Origin: the human T2T-CHM13v2.0 reference genome, Homo sapiens
Assembly (NCBI RefSeq): GCF_009914755.1
Contig: NC_060929.1
Length of the DNA stretch: 64,000 nt
Direction: 5' to 3' (one strand)
Shown: one piece after another, positions 1 through 16,371 of the stretch
Numbering within the stretch: position 1 is the first letter of the stretch
Layout: every line of letters begins with the position of its first letter
Notes under the pieces: generated by a model
What the model saw: only the letters and a program-made list of their open reading frames with translations
Database searches by the model: none
What the model was told of the DNA's origin: nothing
Made by a program: the position numbers and the translations under genes

Positions 1-222
1 GCTGGCTCCATGTCTGTGCAGACGCTATGCTGAAGAAAGAGAGGAAGACTAGCACCTTATTTTGTCCCTGAGAATATAAAAAGCATCCTAAGCAACACAG
101 AGAACAAGAAATAAAAAAAATTATGAGGTAGTCTACTAAGGAACTTGAGATCTAGTTAATAACACAACAAACATATAACCAACACTCATACAGGCACACT
201 GCTATTTAAAAATACAGCAGCT

Positions 223-521
223 TGCTGGGTGCAGAAGCTCATGTCTATGATCCCAGTGTTTTGGGAGGCTGCAGTGATTAGACTGCGTGAGCCCAGGAGT
301 TAAGACTAGCCTGGGAAACAGCAAGACACTGTCTCTACAAAAAATAAAAATACTTAGTCAAGTGTGGTGGCACATGCCTGTAGTCCTAGCTACTCAGGAG
401 GCTAAGGCAGGTCGTTAGAGCCCAGGAGTTTGAGCTTATGGTGAACTATGATCGCATAACTGCATTTCACAGCTTGGGCAACAGAGCGAGACCCTGTCTC
501 AAAAGCAACAACGACAAAAAT
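223..521 (+). mobile_element. Alu (J-like)
   Basis: Dimeric Alu, diverged. Confidence 0.85.
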
Positions 522-818
522 ATACAGTAGCAAAAGGAAGGAGAAATCAAGGAGAAGGACTATAATTTCTTAACTAAAGTATGCAAACACCAACAAAGTT
601 TTTTAAACCTTTGAACAATGTCCAGATTCATATTTGGCTCAATCACATTTCTATAAAAATGAGCACAAATGAGACCTGACATTCTAGAGAATAAAGTTAA
701 ATAAAGGCACACTTGGTGCTTGACCTTGGTGAAACCAAGATGTTTCATGTTTATTGGTCCTGGTTTAATTTTACCATTTAACTCTACATATGTACCAATA
801 TTAAAAATTCAATTCACA

Positions 819-925
819 GGCTGGGCGTGGTGGCTTATGCCTGTAATTCCAGCACTTTGGGAGGCCAAGATCGCACCATTGCACTCCAGCCCGGGCGACA
901 GTGCAAGACTCCGTCTCAAAAAAAA
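819..925 (+). mobile_element. Alu with large internal deletion
   Basis: Alu 5' end fused to Alu 3' end. TSD AAAAATTCAATTCAC. Confidence 0.9.
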
Positions 926-1442
926 TTCAATTCACTACATTTCAAAATGTTTACCGTTATATGCTATTTAAAATGAAACAACGAACATTATATAAAAAAT
1001 ACAGGCATTTAAAACATTCTTAAGTAAACTGTTAATTCCATTTTTTGTTATCTCAGAACACTGCAGAATAATATGGGCACACTTCATGCAAGTACTATCC
1101 TATGGGACCAATGAAGAGAAGTGCACTCTATGAACAGGAAATGTCAGGAAAGCCTTCTCTAAAGAGGTCATGGATGAATGGACTCTTGGGAGCTGAACAT
1201 GACTTTGTCAGAAGAGCATGACAGAAGCCCATTCTGGATAAAAGGAGCAAGTGGCAAGATTCAAAGTGACTCATCAAAGGGTAGAACTATATTAAGTGAA
1301 GAAGCCAATAAGAGCCTTCCAGGCAAAGAGAACAGGACCAAAGTTAGGGACCTCCAAACATAATGGGGCCAGAAAGCTGAAAGATAAACTGGAGCTAAAT
1401 AAGAAAAGGATTTATATGCCATATACTCTCAAGATTCTTAAT

Positions 1443-1592
1443 TTTTCTTTTTACTTTTTTTTTTTCTTTTTTTTGTAGAGACAGGGTCTTGCTTTGTTGC
1501 ACAGCTTGGTTTCAAACTCCTGGCTTCAGGTGATTCTTCCATCTTGGCCTCTCAAAGTGCTAGAATTAGGCATGAGCCACTGCATTTGGCCT
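1443..1592 (-). mobile_element. Alu monomer/left arm
   Basis: Poly-T plus left-arm sequence. Confidence 0.8.
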
Positions 1593-2865
1593 CAAAACTT
1601 TTAAAAATCACACATAGCATTGGGGAAAAGAATGAGTTACATTTCTAACATAGGTAATGTATTTAAAAACTAATACATGTGTTACTGGCAAAATATTTTG
1701 TATTCATTATGAAATATACACAAAATCCCTAGAAACTTTAAAGGGTAAGATAATAGTATTTTCTTCCCATGTCCTGGAGATTGTTTTGGGCTAAACGAAT
1801 GGCCTTGCTAACTACTATCAGATAGGCCTACAAGTGATTAATTCCAAAATCAGATTCATCATTTCTTGGCAGACATTCTCCATCTCATTTGATTGGCTTC
1901 TAGCTACACATTCTATACAGTAAAGTGACTCACCCAGTGACTTTCATACACATTTTGTAACTACTTTTATCTTTCAAGATTGGACAAAGAAATTACTTGT
2001 TCAAAGTGAGTGATTCTGAGGGTAAATTTTAATTGTCTGATTGTTCTAACTTCAAGCTAACTTGGTTTAACTTTTCTTACCTTTATTCTCCCTTTGTTCT
2101 GATTCTTTAGCTTACTTGTTTATATTTACTTTAATATATTTACATATTTTGGTAAGCACTTTTTATATCCAGGTATGGAATAAATAATTTGTAAGCAATA
2201 GGAACAAAGGTTTTTTGAATATTCACAATAACAACAACAGCAATAGGATGCTACTAACATTACTATTTTTCAGAGCACCAGACACTAGGCAGAGCCCTTT
2301 TTTATATATTATCTCATTTAATCCTTTTACAAATCTATAAGTTATCTATCAAGACAGACATACAAAGGTCATACAACTTGCCCAAAGTTACACAGGACAC
2401 TAAGCAAGCTGACAGAACAGGCACTCTTATTTTCTTTGGCAGGCAATATACTCTAAGGTTACAGTTATGATGGTTGACATTTTCTAGGAGCATCCATTCT
2501 GATGAGAGAGATATTTAAATAAACAATTACACTGCAATATAGAATAATTGTAATTATACTCAGCATAATGAGTGCTTACAGGCACATAAACAAGATATTA
2601 TGGGAGTGCAGATATGTGCTTAATCCTTCCCAAGAAAGAAATCAGAGTCCTCCATGACATGATGTGAAAGTAGGTCTTGAGACTTTTGTTAAGAGGACAA
2701 AGAATAAAAGTACATCTTAAGTAAAAGGAATTGTATATACAAGAGATGTACATAAACACATGGTTTCTTCAAGGGTCAGCAAATTTGTTCAGTATGGCCA
2801 AAAAATAGGAAATACATAGAAAACAGGTAAAAGAGAAAGTTGGAGAACTGAACAAAGTCCAGATC

Positions 2866-3011
2866 TGTGCTGTCCAACTAGGGACATGTGGTTATTTACT
2901 TGTACATTGTGATCAATAGCTCAATACTATGGCTAGCTAGCTGCTATCAATTTCGATGGCACAGACATAAAATATTTCCATCATAACAGAAAATTCAATT
3001 AAACAGGACTG
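2866..3011. mobile_element. MER3/MER33-type hAT MITE
   Basis: ctgtgctgtccaa...aaacaggactg terminal repeats. Confidence 0.5.
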
Positions 3012-3849
3012 GTCTAGACTATGAAGGTACTTATATGTTAGATTACTGGAATTTTTCTGTAACTGATGGTAGGCCATAAACAGATTTAAGAGTTTAAAAC
3101 AAGTGACATTGTTAGAGCTTCACTTACAACTCACAGAAGCAAAATAAATGGACTAGTTAGTGGCAAGGGTATAGGGGAGGATGTAGAAAGCAGGGCTAGC
3201 GATAGGGCAACAAGTTCAGAGAGAAGATAAAAAATTTTAAATCAAATAAACCGATTAAGTAGATATCTTCTGATAAAGAAATTAAATAATACTTTTCACG
3301 TTTTCTAATTTTTCAAAATCTCTTAAAATGAAAAAATACTGCGTTTACAGTGAAAGGTGGCTGGGAGAATTTGAGAGATGCTATTACAACAGTCCTATAA
3401 AGAAAAAAGTGAACACTAAAGAAACGACATGGGCAAATTAAGTGAAAAGCACAAATTCTGAAACATGTGAAAGGAAGAATCTATAGATATTATTGAGTGA
3501 TTAGACTGTGAATACACACACATTCTAAAAATTTCAACAACCACCCCCTAAGACAGGCAAACCCGGTATTACAATATCGTCATTTTTAGAGGTGAAGCAC
3601 CGAAGATTTAGATGAACTGTCCTCATCATTCAGTTAGTGAAGCAAGAATTCAAGATAGATGGCTCATCTAAATACTGGACTTTTTATACTTGGCTTGATT
3701 ACTTATCCTGCTCACTAAATATTGCTCTTGATCACCTTTCTGCTATCTAAATACCAAAGTCATCTGCCTCAAAGATCAAAGCTCTGAAATTTCTGGAACT
3801 ATATGAAGACATTTAAATTTGTTGCAAACTTTAAAAATATTTGAATATT

Positions 3850-4985
<1,136 letters not shown>

Positions 4986-6265
4986 AGAAATTGTATCAAA
5001 AAAATTGTTGCAAACTCAGAGCAACACTCAACGGAGCTTCAAAAATGTTATTACCATTACAGAAGTGCTTATTCTACATTAAAAAAAGTCACATTAAGAT
5101 TAGGATTCATGTTTATACAAAGCAATGTACAACAAAACTATAAAAATATTTCATATGAATAAATCATCTTTTTCAGTCATTCTAAGAATTTAGTTAAAAA
5201 ATAACTAAAATACAGGCAAAATCTTTAATACAAACCCTTGTACAAGTTGGGTACTAAAGAATAATTATGATAAACAACAGTTAACATCTTTAATTTTTTT
5301 TACCCTTCAGCACTCTAGAAAGAAAAAGTAGATGATGGTTTACACATTAAGGAAAAAAAAAACAAACTCAAATTTCCACTGCTGTCTAAAAGAAGAAATG
5401 ATTCCTCCTGATCTTTTTCTCTCTGAATTGCTGACAATAGAACAAAAGACATAAAGAACCCTATAAAGGCCATTAAACCAATTCTCTACTTGCTGCTCTC
5501 ATAAACATGATTAAGATTTTTGCTACATAGCATCCTTACCTAGACCAACTGCCAATATTGCAGGACACTGGCCAGATGTACAGGTGTTACATAATTGGTA
5601 GCATTAATTAAAAATAAATGAAACCTTCAATACCATATTTTCTAAGTTAACTGAAATATATCCTTTTTAGGAAAAAATAACTCCATTAATTCAAGAAACA
5701 GCACATGTACCTAACATGACCAAAAAGCTTCTCTAACCCGGTCTCATAGTTAATAAATCAGTTTTGTCTAAAATGAATCAATTTCTCCTTTTCATGATTT
5801 GTCAAACTCTTGACAGTACTTAGTAGGATCACCATGTAACACTAGGTATACATGCAAAAATGCCACTATACTTAGCGTTATCAAACAAACAGAATCCCTA
5901 AGGAGTATGCCTATTGCTCTTTCTGATCCCAGGAAATCAGTATATCTAGAAGATGACAACTCTCAGTACAGAGGAGGGCTAAAAGCAAATGACTCATGAG
6001 CATGATCCACAGCTAATAGAGAAAATATGAAATCTGTCTAGGATTCATGACAGGACACCAAAAAAATCTGGGAAAAGAAGATACTGAAGTTGAGACTAGA
6101 ATGAGCAAGCAGTCAAAACACACTCTAGCTCACACTAGGAAAACTAAATATTACAGTTAAAGATTCTTTCATTTATTAATTCTACCTCTTGACATTTTTT
6201 CTATAGAAATGAAAATGTGGGCATACATTGTACTTAGCACCTTAATTTTTAAAAAATAAGGAAAA

Positions 6266-6617
<352 letters not shown>

Positions 6618-7437
6618 TTATAGCATACTATTATAATGGAGTACTGTGCAGTCATTAGGAATAATGGGAAAAACATTTAACAACATTCAAAGATGTTTAG
6701 TTTATATATTTGTTTTTAAAAGTTAACAAAAATTTACATATTTAAGTTTTCAATAGTTAGCAAAAACCTTACAGATTTATCTGTATGTTGAAAAGCTTTA
6801 TCCAAGAATTGCAAAATATCATCAAATAGTTATATAACTGTGTAATAGGAACAATCTGTTTCTAATTTTTCAAAAAAAGACACATATTACTTACACAGTA
6901 AAGCAAAATATGTCACCTTAATTAGTGATGGGAAATTTACAATACAAAAAGAGAAATTGTTAAATAGTGAGAACAGGAAATAAACCTTGTTGTGGCTCTG
7001 GATATGATAAATTTTAGGACTATTTCATATTCTTGTATTGAATCAATGCAATTAGGCAAATGTGACAAACATTAGAGCTGCCTTAATTCTAACACTTATT
7101 CCAGTACAAACAACTCTCGAAATAATCTTTCTTACTCCTAACACCTAACATGGAATGAATAAATATCTGTTTATGACAACTGAAAAAACTAAACACATCC
7201 TTGGGAATTTCACTATATTCAACCATCCTTTTTATTATTATTTTTAACAAATGCAAACAAGAGGAAATGCTCTGTACTAATTGTTTTAATATTCTAGAAA
7301 TCGTGAGTACTTTGGAAACTGGTAACTATGAAACCTCTCCCCTCAAAAATACACCTGATTTTTTTAGATTACCCTTATTTCTTGATTCAGCTACTTTTCA
7401 GTCTAAAAAGAAGCTATTCACAATTAAAGACTTTTGA

Positions 7438-7750
<313 letters not shown>

Positions 7751-7988
7751 TAATAACTTTTTTCACTATTTAAACAACAACAAAAAAGCAAAACCAGAAC
7801 TCCCACTGGTAAGAGCATTCCTAACCAATTCAACCAAACAGAAGCATTTAAAAAGATTATATATTTACCTGCCCCAAATTTTCACATACAGAGCCCAGCA
7901 TGTTGATATTACCAAAGATACATGTAAATTAAAGATACTAGATATGAAAATTAAGGAAGATTCATGAAGTGTTCCTAAATATACTCAC

Positions 7989-8132
7989 AGAAAGATAGCT
8001 GTTAACCTCCACATCATCAGTAATGGTTTGGCGCTCTCCTTTATAGTTAATTTTCCGAAATCTTCTTCGGGATTGTCTGGCAGGAATTTCTCTTTGTAGA
8101 ATACTATCTTCATTATCTTTGGCATTCTCTAC
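7989..8132 (-). CDS. RAPGEF6: RAPGEF6 coding exon (about exon 6), 144 nt, VENAKDNEDSILQREIPARQSRRRFRKINYKGERQTITDDVEVNSYLS
   Basis: gtttcag|GTAGAG...CTTTCT|gtgagt. Phase 0-0 and contained in ORF 7962-8213. Confidence 0.95.
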
Positions 8133-8811
8133 CTGAAACACATGTTCATATTCCTGATGAAATATCAAATTTTTCCATATTATTGACAATCTATGGAGTC
8201 TTAACAGACTCATAAGGAAGCTTCATTTACTTCTTACAAGAAACTGCCTCAAGAAAACAGTCTGTATAGCACAACGCTCATGAGTTAAAGATTAGAGGTG
8301 ATGTTATTATAAAGATCTGGAGACCACAGTTTCCGTCCAGGAAACAGTCTCTCTTGTGCACATAAACATACATCCTCTAAGTAAAGTCACTTACCAGAAA
8401 TGAAGGCTGTTAACTACACCTACACATTCAATAATTACAACTTGAGTTCCTCTAATTACAAACTGCCTGATTATACACATATTTTACTTAGCAAACAATC
8501 CTGGTTATGGTTTTAGTTAATTGTTAAAAAGTAAAACAAGAAAACTTTATGCAATATTCTTTAATTTTCAACTTAATGCATGACAACAGCCACAAGTAAG
8601 GCTGGCATCTTCTAAGTAAGAAAATAAAATGGAAAATTAACATTTGTTAGGAGTTTAAAATAGGCCAGCATGCATATATATTAAGTAGTTAGTTCACACA
8701 ACAGCCCTGTAAGCAGGTATTACTGTCTCTACTTTGTAGACAAAGAAAAACCCAAAGATATTAGTGACATTCCAGTCTCACAACAGTGATACTTATTAAA
8801 GGTGAGTTGGC

Positions 8812-9024
8812 AACCTGGCAACAGAGCAAGACCCCATTTCTACAGGGGGAAAAAAATAAGCCAGGCATGGTGGTGTGCACCTGTAGTACCAGCTACTTAG
8901 GAGGCTGAGGTGGGAGGATCAACTGAGCCCAGGAGTTCAAAGCTGCTGTTAGCTATGACTGCACAACTGCACTCCAGCCTGGGCGACAGGACAAAAACCC
9001 TGTCTCAAAAAATTAAAAAAAAAA
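8812..9024 (+). mobile_element. Alu (J-like), 5'-truncated
   Basis: End of left arm plus right arm. Confidence 0.8.
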
Positions 9025-9500
9025 ATTTTTTTAAGGTGAGGAGGAATATAGACCTATCTAGCTCAACAGCTTATGCCACTGATACAAGACTGCACTGCCT
9101 GTCCAATCACAGAACAAACCATAATTTTTTAAATTAACTATTTTTATAAAGGTATATTGATATGCTCTAAAAATCTACCTTTATAACTAAGCTCACATCT
9201 AATAAATAATAAATGGTGGTTTTAGTTTTCCCCCATAACTACTCTTTCTGCTAATGTCAGAGTTCTTGATATTACCAAAAATTTCCTAGGCACCCACCCA
9301 AACACAGTGGTGCCCCCTTATCTGAGGGGGATACATTCCATGATCCCCACTAGATGCCTGAAACTGCAGACAGTACCAAATTCTATATATGTCATGTATT
9401 TTTCTGTATTTACATACCTATGATAAAGTTCAATTTATAAATTAGGCACAGAAGAGATTAATAATAAAATATAATAATATACTGCAATAAAAGTTATGTG

Positions 9501-9635
9501 GGGGTGAGGGGGCGCAGTGGCGAGTGCCTGTAGTCCCTGCTACCAGGGATGCTGGGGCGAGAGTATCACTTGAGCCCAGGAGTTAACGTCCAGCCTGGGC
9601 AACACGGCAAGACCCTGTCTCTTAAAAAAAAAAAA
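9501..9635 (+). mobile_element. FLAM monomer
   Basis: TSD AAAAGTTATGTG. Confidence 0.85.
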
Positions 9636-9658
9636 GTTATGTGAATATGGTCTCTCTC

Positions 9659-9884
9659 TTTTTTTTAACTTTTATTTTAAGTTCAGCAGTACAAGCACAG
9701 GTTTATTACGCAGGTAAACTTGTGTCATGGGATTTGTTATACAGATTATTTTAGCACTCAGGTATTAAGCCTAGTGCCTATTAGTTAATTTTCCTGATCC
9801 TCTCCCTCCTCCCACCCTCCACCAAAATGCCCCAGTGTGTGTTGTTCCCCTCTATGTGTCCATGTGTTCTCATCATTTAGCTCC
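9659..9884 (-). mobile_element. L1PA (older) 3' end, 5'-truncated
   Basis: Poly-T followed by a typical L1PA 3' UTR. TCTCTCTCTT-like TSD. Confidence 0.8.
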
Positions 9885-11173
9885 TCTCTCTTTCCACAGT
9901 ACGACAGTCCTAAAAATGTGGAAAGCGAAACTGCAGATATGGGGGTGTGGGAGACTACTGTATCATATCAACATTCTCAGCACCCCTGCTTGTCTTCCAA
10001 ATCTTTGGTTCAATTCTCTCTCAGATTGTCAGTTCTCTATAAATCTCTCCCATAATGCTCTTTCATTCCCATTACCACCTCCCCTTAATTTAAGTCTTAA
10101 TCACCTCAGTCCCAAACCACAGCAATAGGTGATCCTGCTGCTTTAGGCATGTTCCTCTCCAATTCTATCCTGCAGGGTCAAACAAATCACCTAGATAATC
10201 ACCATTACTCAGGTTTCCTGTTCAAAATGCCACAACGGACCTCTAATGTTTACACCAAATAAATTTTAAACTCTTACATTTGATATTCAAAGCCATTATA
10301 AACTCCATCCCCAAAATACTTTTATCACCTTATCTTACATGTACAATCCTGGAAAAGCTGCTCCCTTATTTGCTTTCCCACAAAAATTCTAATTAGATAC
10401 ACAAAATTTCCTAATGATTTCTAAGAGTTGATGTCTAATCTGCTTTGTTCAGGTGTGAATTCAAGAATAAGTAGCAGCCAACTCAATGTGACTATTCATG
10501 TGCCCCTATGTATAAATAACTTATAATCTGCCAAGTAACTTATTTCTTCAATTTGTGTTATCATACCCATTCTGTCTTCACATGCTATCATTTAGACACT
10601 ACCTATCTCAAAGGCCATCTCTTCCATAATTACCAAAGACATTCCTCTCCTCAGACCTCGATTGGCTTATTGTGTATACACACCTAGACTTCTCAAAAAT
10701 GGGACATGTTCTCTACTGCCTTCAGACCTTTACATATGCAGCTGTCACTTCTGGCTAAAAGCCCATTCCCTCTTTGCCAGCATATTGGCCTCCTACTTAC
10801 ATCTTATGACCTAGTTCAACCAATCCCTCCTCTACTCCAGAAAAGTATTACTCCTTCTATAGCACTAAGTATACCAACCTCACTAATAAGATAACAAGTT
10901 CTCTAAGGCAGGAACCGTATTATGTAATATTATATTCATCTTTGTTCACCTAATATTCAAGACATTTGCCAAAATAGGTGTTTAATTAAATTTTCCCTTT
11001 TGCCTCAAATATATTAGGTCCTTGGAATTATGTATAAAGTCCTCAAAAGGTATACACAAGGCCATATACCAGAAACTGCAGCTTATCTCATTTAAGGTTC
11101 ACAATAACCCTATTACATAGCTACTTTTCCTATTGTAATAGATGGTACAGTGTCTCATAAAAGTTAATTCACA

Positions 11174-11471
11174 GGCTGGGCAGGGTGGCTCACGCCTGTA
11201 ATCCCAGCACTTTGGGAGGCTGAGGCGGGTGAATCATGAGGTCAGGAGTTCAAGACCAGCCTGGCCAAGATGGCGAAACCCCATCTCTACTAAAAACTAC
11301 AAAAATTAGCCAGGCGCGGTGGCAGGCGCTGTAATCCCAGCTACTCGGGAGGCTGAGGCAGAAGAACTACTTCAAACCGGGCGGCAGAGGTTGCAGTGAG
11401 CAGAGATCGTGTCACTGCACTCTAGTCTGGGCGACAGAGTGAGACTCCATCTCAAAAAAAAAAAAAAAAAA
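11174..11471 (+). mobile_element. Alu (S-like)
   Basis: TSD AAAAGTTAATTCACA. Confidence 0.92.
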
Positions 11472-12402
11472 GTTAATTCACACAAGTAGGTGAATCAGGA
11501 CTCAAAACCCAAGTGTGACTAAAAAGTCCAACTTCATATTGCTCTATCCCAAAAGATAAAAGAGATTATCTACTTTAGACAAAAGTCCAATATTACATGA
11601 TTCTTAGGTCTTTTACTATCTACCACTTATTGAGCAATGCAGAGATTTAAACAATAAAGGCTTTACAGAGTAAAAATGGAAGTAAAATAAATTTAAGAAA
11701 AGGCTTTCTAAGTTTCAAAATCTTGGGAAAAGTACCAAATGCAAAGAAAAATCTAATCATGATTTTTATTCCAGGAATATAAAGAGTTAAATGCCCTTAA
11801 CAAAGTTCCCACTGAATATAACTGAATTGTGGTATTTAAAACATTAAAGCCTGCATTAAAAACAATGTAAGATTTAAAAAAAATAAAACCACAAACACAA
11901 CTGAAATGGCACAAAAGGTACAGAATCCAAATGCCAAGAATGATGTGAAAGCAAGAATACTTGAACTTGGGAAACCAATAAAGTCCTTGATCTACCAGAC
12001 AGTTTCTGTCAAACTCTGAAGAAAAGATTTTTCACTCTGATGTTTGTAGGGAGTGAAATAGACAAGAGATGAAACAAGAGACTCTACCAAAGTTGAGGAA
12101 TCTAATAGAAACCTACTCATAAAGCTCATCCCAAACAGCTACACCCTCATTACAAGGGTAAGCAAGATACAAGCAGAAGGGGACAGGAAGAAAACTTGCC
12201 TGGCACTGGGATAAGAGGAGGGGGAGCAACTGAACAAAAATTGCCTTCCCCTGAGAATTCAAAACCACAAGGCATCCTTCATCCAGATCTGTAGTTTGAA
12301 TTCACAATACCTCAAGCATGCAAGTAAACTAAAAGAGATTCAGCACTATTAATAAACAATAGCAGAAATAACAAATGCAAAACTTCCTTACAAAAATGCA
12401 AC

Positions 12403-12717
<315 letters not shown>

Positions 12718-14461
12718 TAACATAAACCTCAAAGTATTACTGTACCTAAAGTTCCAAGACATATGAACTCATAGACAAATATAAAAAAATCCCAACTACA
12801 TCAACATCATGTAAGAAGCAAGACATAATTAAAAATGAGCCCCTAAAAAAGTGGAATGACACCTGCAAATACTCCAATATACTGAAAGTATTAGAGAATA
12901 GAAAGTCAAAATTTAAAAACTTTCAAACAAAAGAAAATTTGAAAATGAGCCAGAGATGATAAACAGTAACCAAGCAGTTGAAGCTTGACCAGGACAAGAA
13001 AGCCCTAAGTGCCCTCCTCCCAACTGCCAGGCTAGCAAACAGTGAGGAACAACCAATAGCAATCTACATTTGGAGGAGAGATGAGAACATGAAGAGACCC
13101 TGCTGAAGCACAAGAGCACAGAGAAGGCCTAAAACTGAGTGGAGCAGGAACACTGAGAATAATCTTCCAGCAAACTCAAGGACAAAGTAACACTAAACAA
13201 ATTTGAAACCACTGGTGCACCATAACAGCAAGAGAATCCAAACCTAGCTCAACTCCAGTAGAAATGTGTTCATCTCTAGGCTTAAAAGCTATAGCCCTAT
13301 AACCTAATGCCCAACATTAAATCCAAAATTATAACTCACATAAAAAAGGAAAGGTAAAACAAAACAAAAAACAAAAACCAAGAGACAAAGCAATCAACAG
13401 AGCAGTCTACAAGAATTAGAGTGGATCCAGATGCTGGAACTACCAGAGAGAGAACTTCAATCAACTATGATTAAACATGTTATAGGTTCACTGGAAAAGG
13501 TATAGACAACACACACAGATTGATAATTTTAGCAGACAAAATAAAAATATAAAATAAAAATGAAAATGTTAGAAACAAAAGACGTAGTAATAGAGATGAG
13601 GAATGTCTCTGACATGCTCATTGGCAGACTCAACACAACTGAGTTAAGATCAAGGAAATTAAACATAGGACAATAAAATTACCAAAGAGAAAGAGGAAAA
13701 GAGTTAAATAAGAAAAATGAAGGAACTGAATGGTATATTAAGATGCAACTAAAAAGGGAGTTAGTAAACTGGGAAGATAAATCCAGAAGACTTACTCAAC
13801 ATACAGCACAAAGTCATCATGAAGAGGTAAAAAATAAGAAAGCTAAGAGGAAAGGTTGAAAAAAAAAATGTCAAGAAGATGATAGAACAAGACAATATTT
13901 AAGGAAAAAAAGAATTTTTGATGCCCAAAGCAGTCCAAAAAATCCAAAAGAGGATAATGAAAAACTACGATACCAAATTACAGAGAAAATATAAACAGAA
14001 GACTTTTAATGCAGCCAGAAAGAAAAAAGAGATCAGGAAGGCAATTAATGTCTGACTCCTCAAAATACGATGAATGTAAAAAAATAGAATGTATTAATTG
14101 TGTTAATAAAAATAATTCTCCTCCTAAAGTTGTATTAATGGCAAAACAATCCTCCAAGAATGAAGAAAAATAAAGTTATTTTCAGACAAAAAAGAAAAAA
14201 TACCTGAGAGACTTAACAGAAGATCTTCAGGAAAGAATTTTTAATGGGTGTACTTTAAACATAATACAAGTGTTACTATTAGGACGGTCTCATATATAAG
14301 AAAGAACTAAAAGCAAAAAATATTAAATACGTGGTTAAATAGGAATAAATAATGATTTACAGAATACATAAAGCTAAAATACTGGACAATAGGAATTACA
14401 TCTGGATACTAGCATTAAATTCTTATCAGTTTAGCTACTTATTAGCCTCAGGTGTTTTTAA

Positions 14462-14761
<300 letters not shown>

Positions 14762-15748
14762 TAGGAATTTAAAAATAGTCAGAATTAGCACTAAAAGAAG
14801 AGACCAAACACCATTTCTACAAGAATATGGTGGGGAGGAGAGGAAGGAAAAAAGAACTTAAAATAAAGGAGGGAAAATAAAAAAAAGAGGGGAAAAAACA
14901 AGAACAAATAAAAAGCACATAATGTGGTGAAAGTAAATTCAAACCTATCAGCAATCACAATGAATACAAATAGAAAAGTCTTTCCAGGTAAAAAAGAATC
15001 TCATGTCAAATATAGAAAAAGAAGAAACAGACCCCAAGTATTAAGGTTCACAGAATCCTGATATTTTTGAGAGAAGCCCAATAATTTTAAATATTTCTCT
15101 GCTTCCTAGTGAAGGAAATCCCAATCTAATAAATTTCTTGGTATCCACATCTGCTATAAATCATTAACTTAACGAAGGTTTGTTATCCTTTTAGAGGGGA
15201 AATGGTACCTACTCATTATCATCAAAATCTGAGCTCTATAACCACTAGGAATGCTTTAACTACTTGGATATCGCTGCTTCTAAACTTTTGCAATGAACAA
15301 CCCTAGGAAACACATTTTTTTTTCTTAAGGTGAAATAATTTGGTAAATATTTTTAAGAAAAAAATAGTCATGTGTCAATGCTGACATTTCCTACTGACAT
15401 TTTAGACTGGAGTTTTTCTTAACATCTTTAATTTTACACAACTCTTATGCTAAAATAAAAATCTTGATTACTAATGACATTTATTTATGCATCTATTAGT
15501 TATATTAACTATAATTATAAATTTCAATTATTTCCAATTAAATGTATCATACAGAATTTTTCATAATATACACATAAATATTACCTATACATATATAATT
15601 GCTTTAAATTAACAAAATCAACATTACCACTAACATCCTGGTTACATCATCTTGGATACTAATATTTATATATGTATAGATTTATGTATATGTGTTATGT
15701 TAAATTATAATTAGTTACATATAACGTGCGTCTATATACACACATATA

Positions 15749-16068
15749 CAGCCATGTGCACTTAACGATAAGGATACGTTCTGAGAAACTAGTTGTTAGG
15801 CAATTTCGTCATTGTGTGAACATCATAGAGTGCACTTACACATAGACAGTATAGCCTACTACTTATCTAGGCTATATAGTATGGCCTATTGGTCGTAAGC
15901 TACCAACCTGTAAAGCATGTTACTGTACTGAACACCATAGGCAATTATAACACAATGTTAAGTATCTGTGTATCGAAACACAGAAAAGGTACAGTAAAAA
16001 TACAGTATTATAATTTTATGGAACCATTGTCATACATGTGATCAGTCATAACCAGCAGTGCAGGACTG
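15749..16068 (+). mobile_element. Tigger3a/MER7A-type MITE
   Basis: TA|CAGCCATG...GGACTG|TA. Homologous to the copy at 62068. Confidence 0.8.
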
Positions 16069-16097
16069 TATGGAAAACTGTAAAAAGACCACTAGTA

Positions 16098-16371
16098 GGC
16101 TGGGCTCAGTGGCTCACGCCTGTAATCCCAGCACTTCGGGAGGCCGAGGTGGGTGGATCACCTGAGGTCAGGAGTTTGAGGCTAGCCTGACCAACATGGT
16201 GAAACTCATCTCTACTAAAAATACAAAAATTAGCTGGGAGTGGTGGTGTGTGCCTGTAATCTCAGCTACTCGGGAGGCTGAGGTTGCAGTGAGCCGAGAT
16301 CATGCCACTGCACTCCAGCCTGGGCAACAGATCAAGACTCTGTCTCAAAAATAATAATAAGAAGAAGAAAA
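16098..16371 (+). mobile_element. Alu with short right-arm deletion
   Basis: TSD AAAAGACCACTAGTA. GGCTGAGG is joined directly to TTGCAGTG. Confidence 0.9.

Larger units (their letters stand above)
9305..9960 (+). mobile_element. MER44 (Tigger7) MITE containing a FLAM and an L1PA 3' end
   Basis: Inverted termini CAGTGGTGCCCCCTTATC / GATATGGGGG..GACTACTG, followed by TA. Confidence 0.75.

Noticed and set aside
5530-5660. Strong minus-strand donor TAG|gtaagg near 5540 as an extra RAPGEF6 exon
   Set aside because: No convincing upstream acceptor or open frame.
7962-8213. 83-aa ORF as a standalone small gene
   Set aside because: It is a RAPGEF6 exon plus in-frame intron read-through. Splice sites delimit 7989-8132.
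8385-8430. Minus-strand donor CTG|gtaagt near 8394 as a microexon
   Set aside because: The nearest AGs lack a polypyrimidine tract, and the peptide is already continuous without it.
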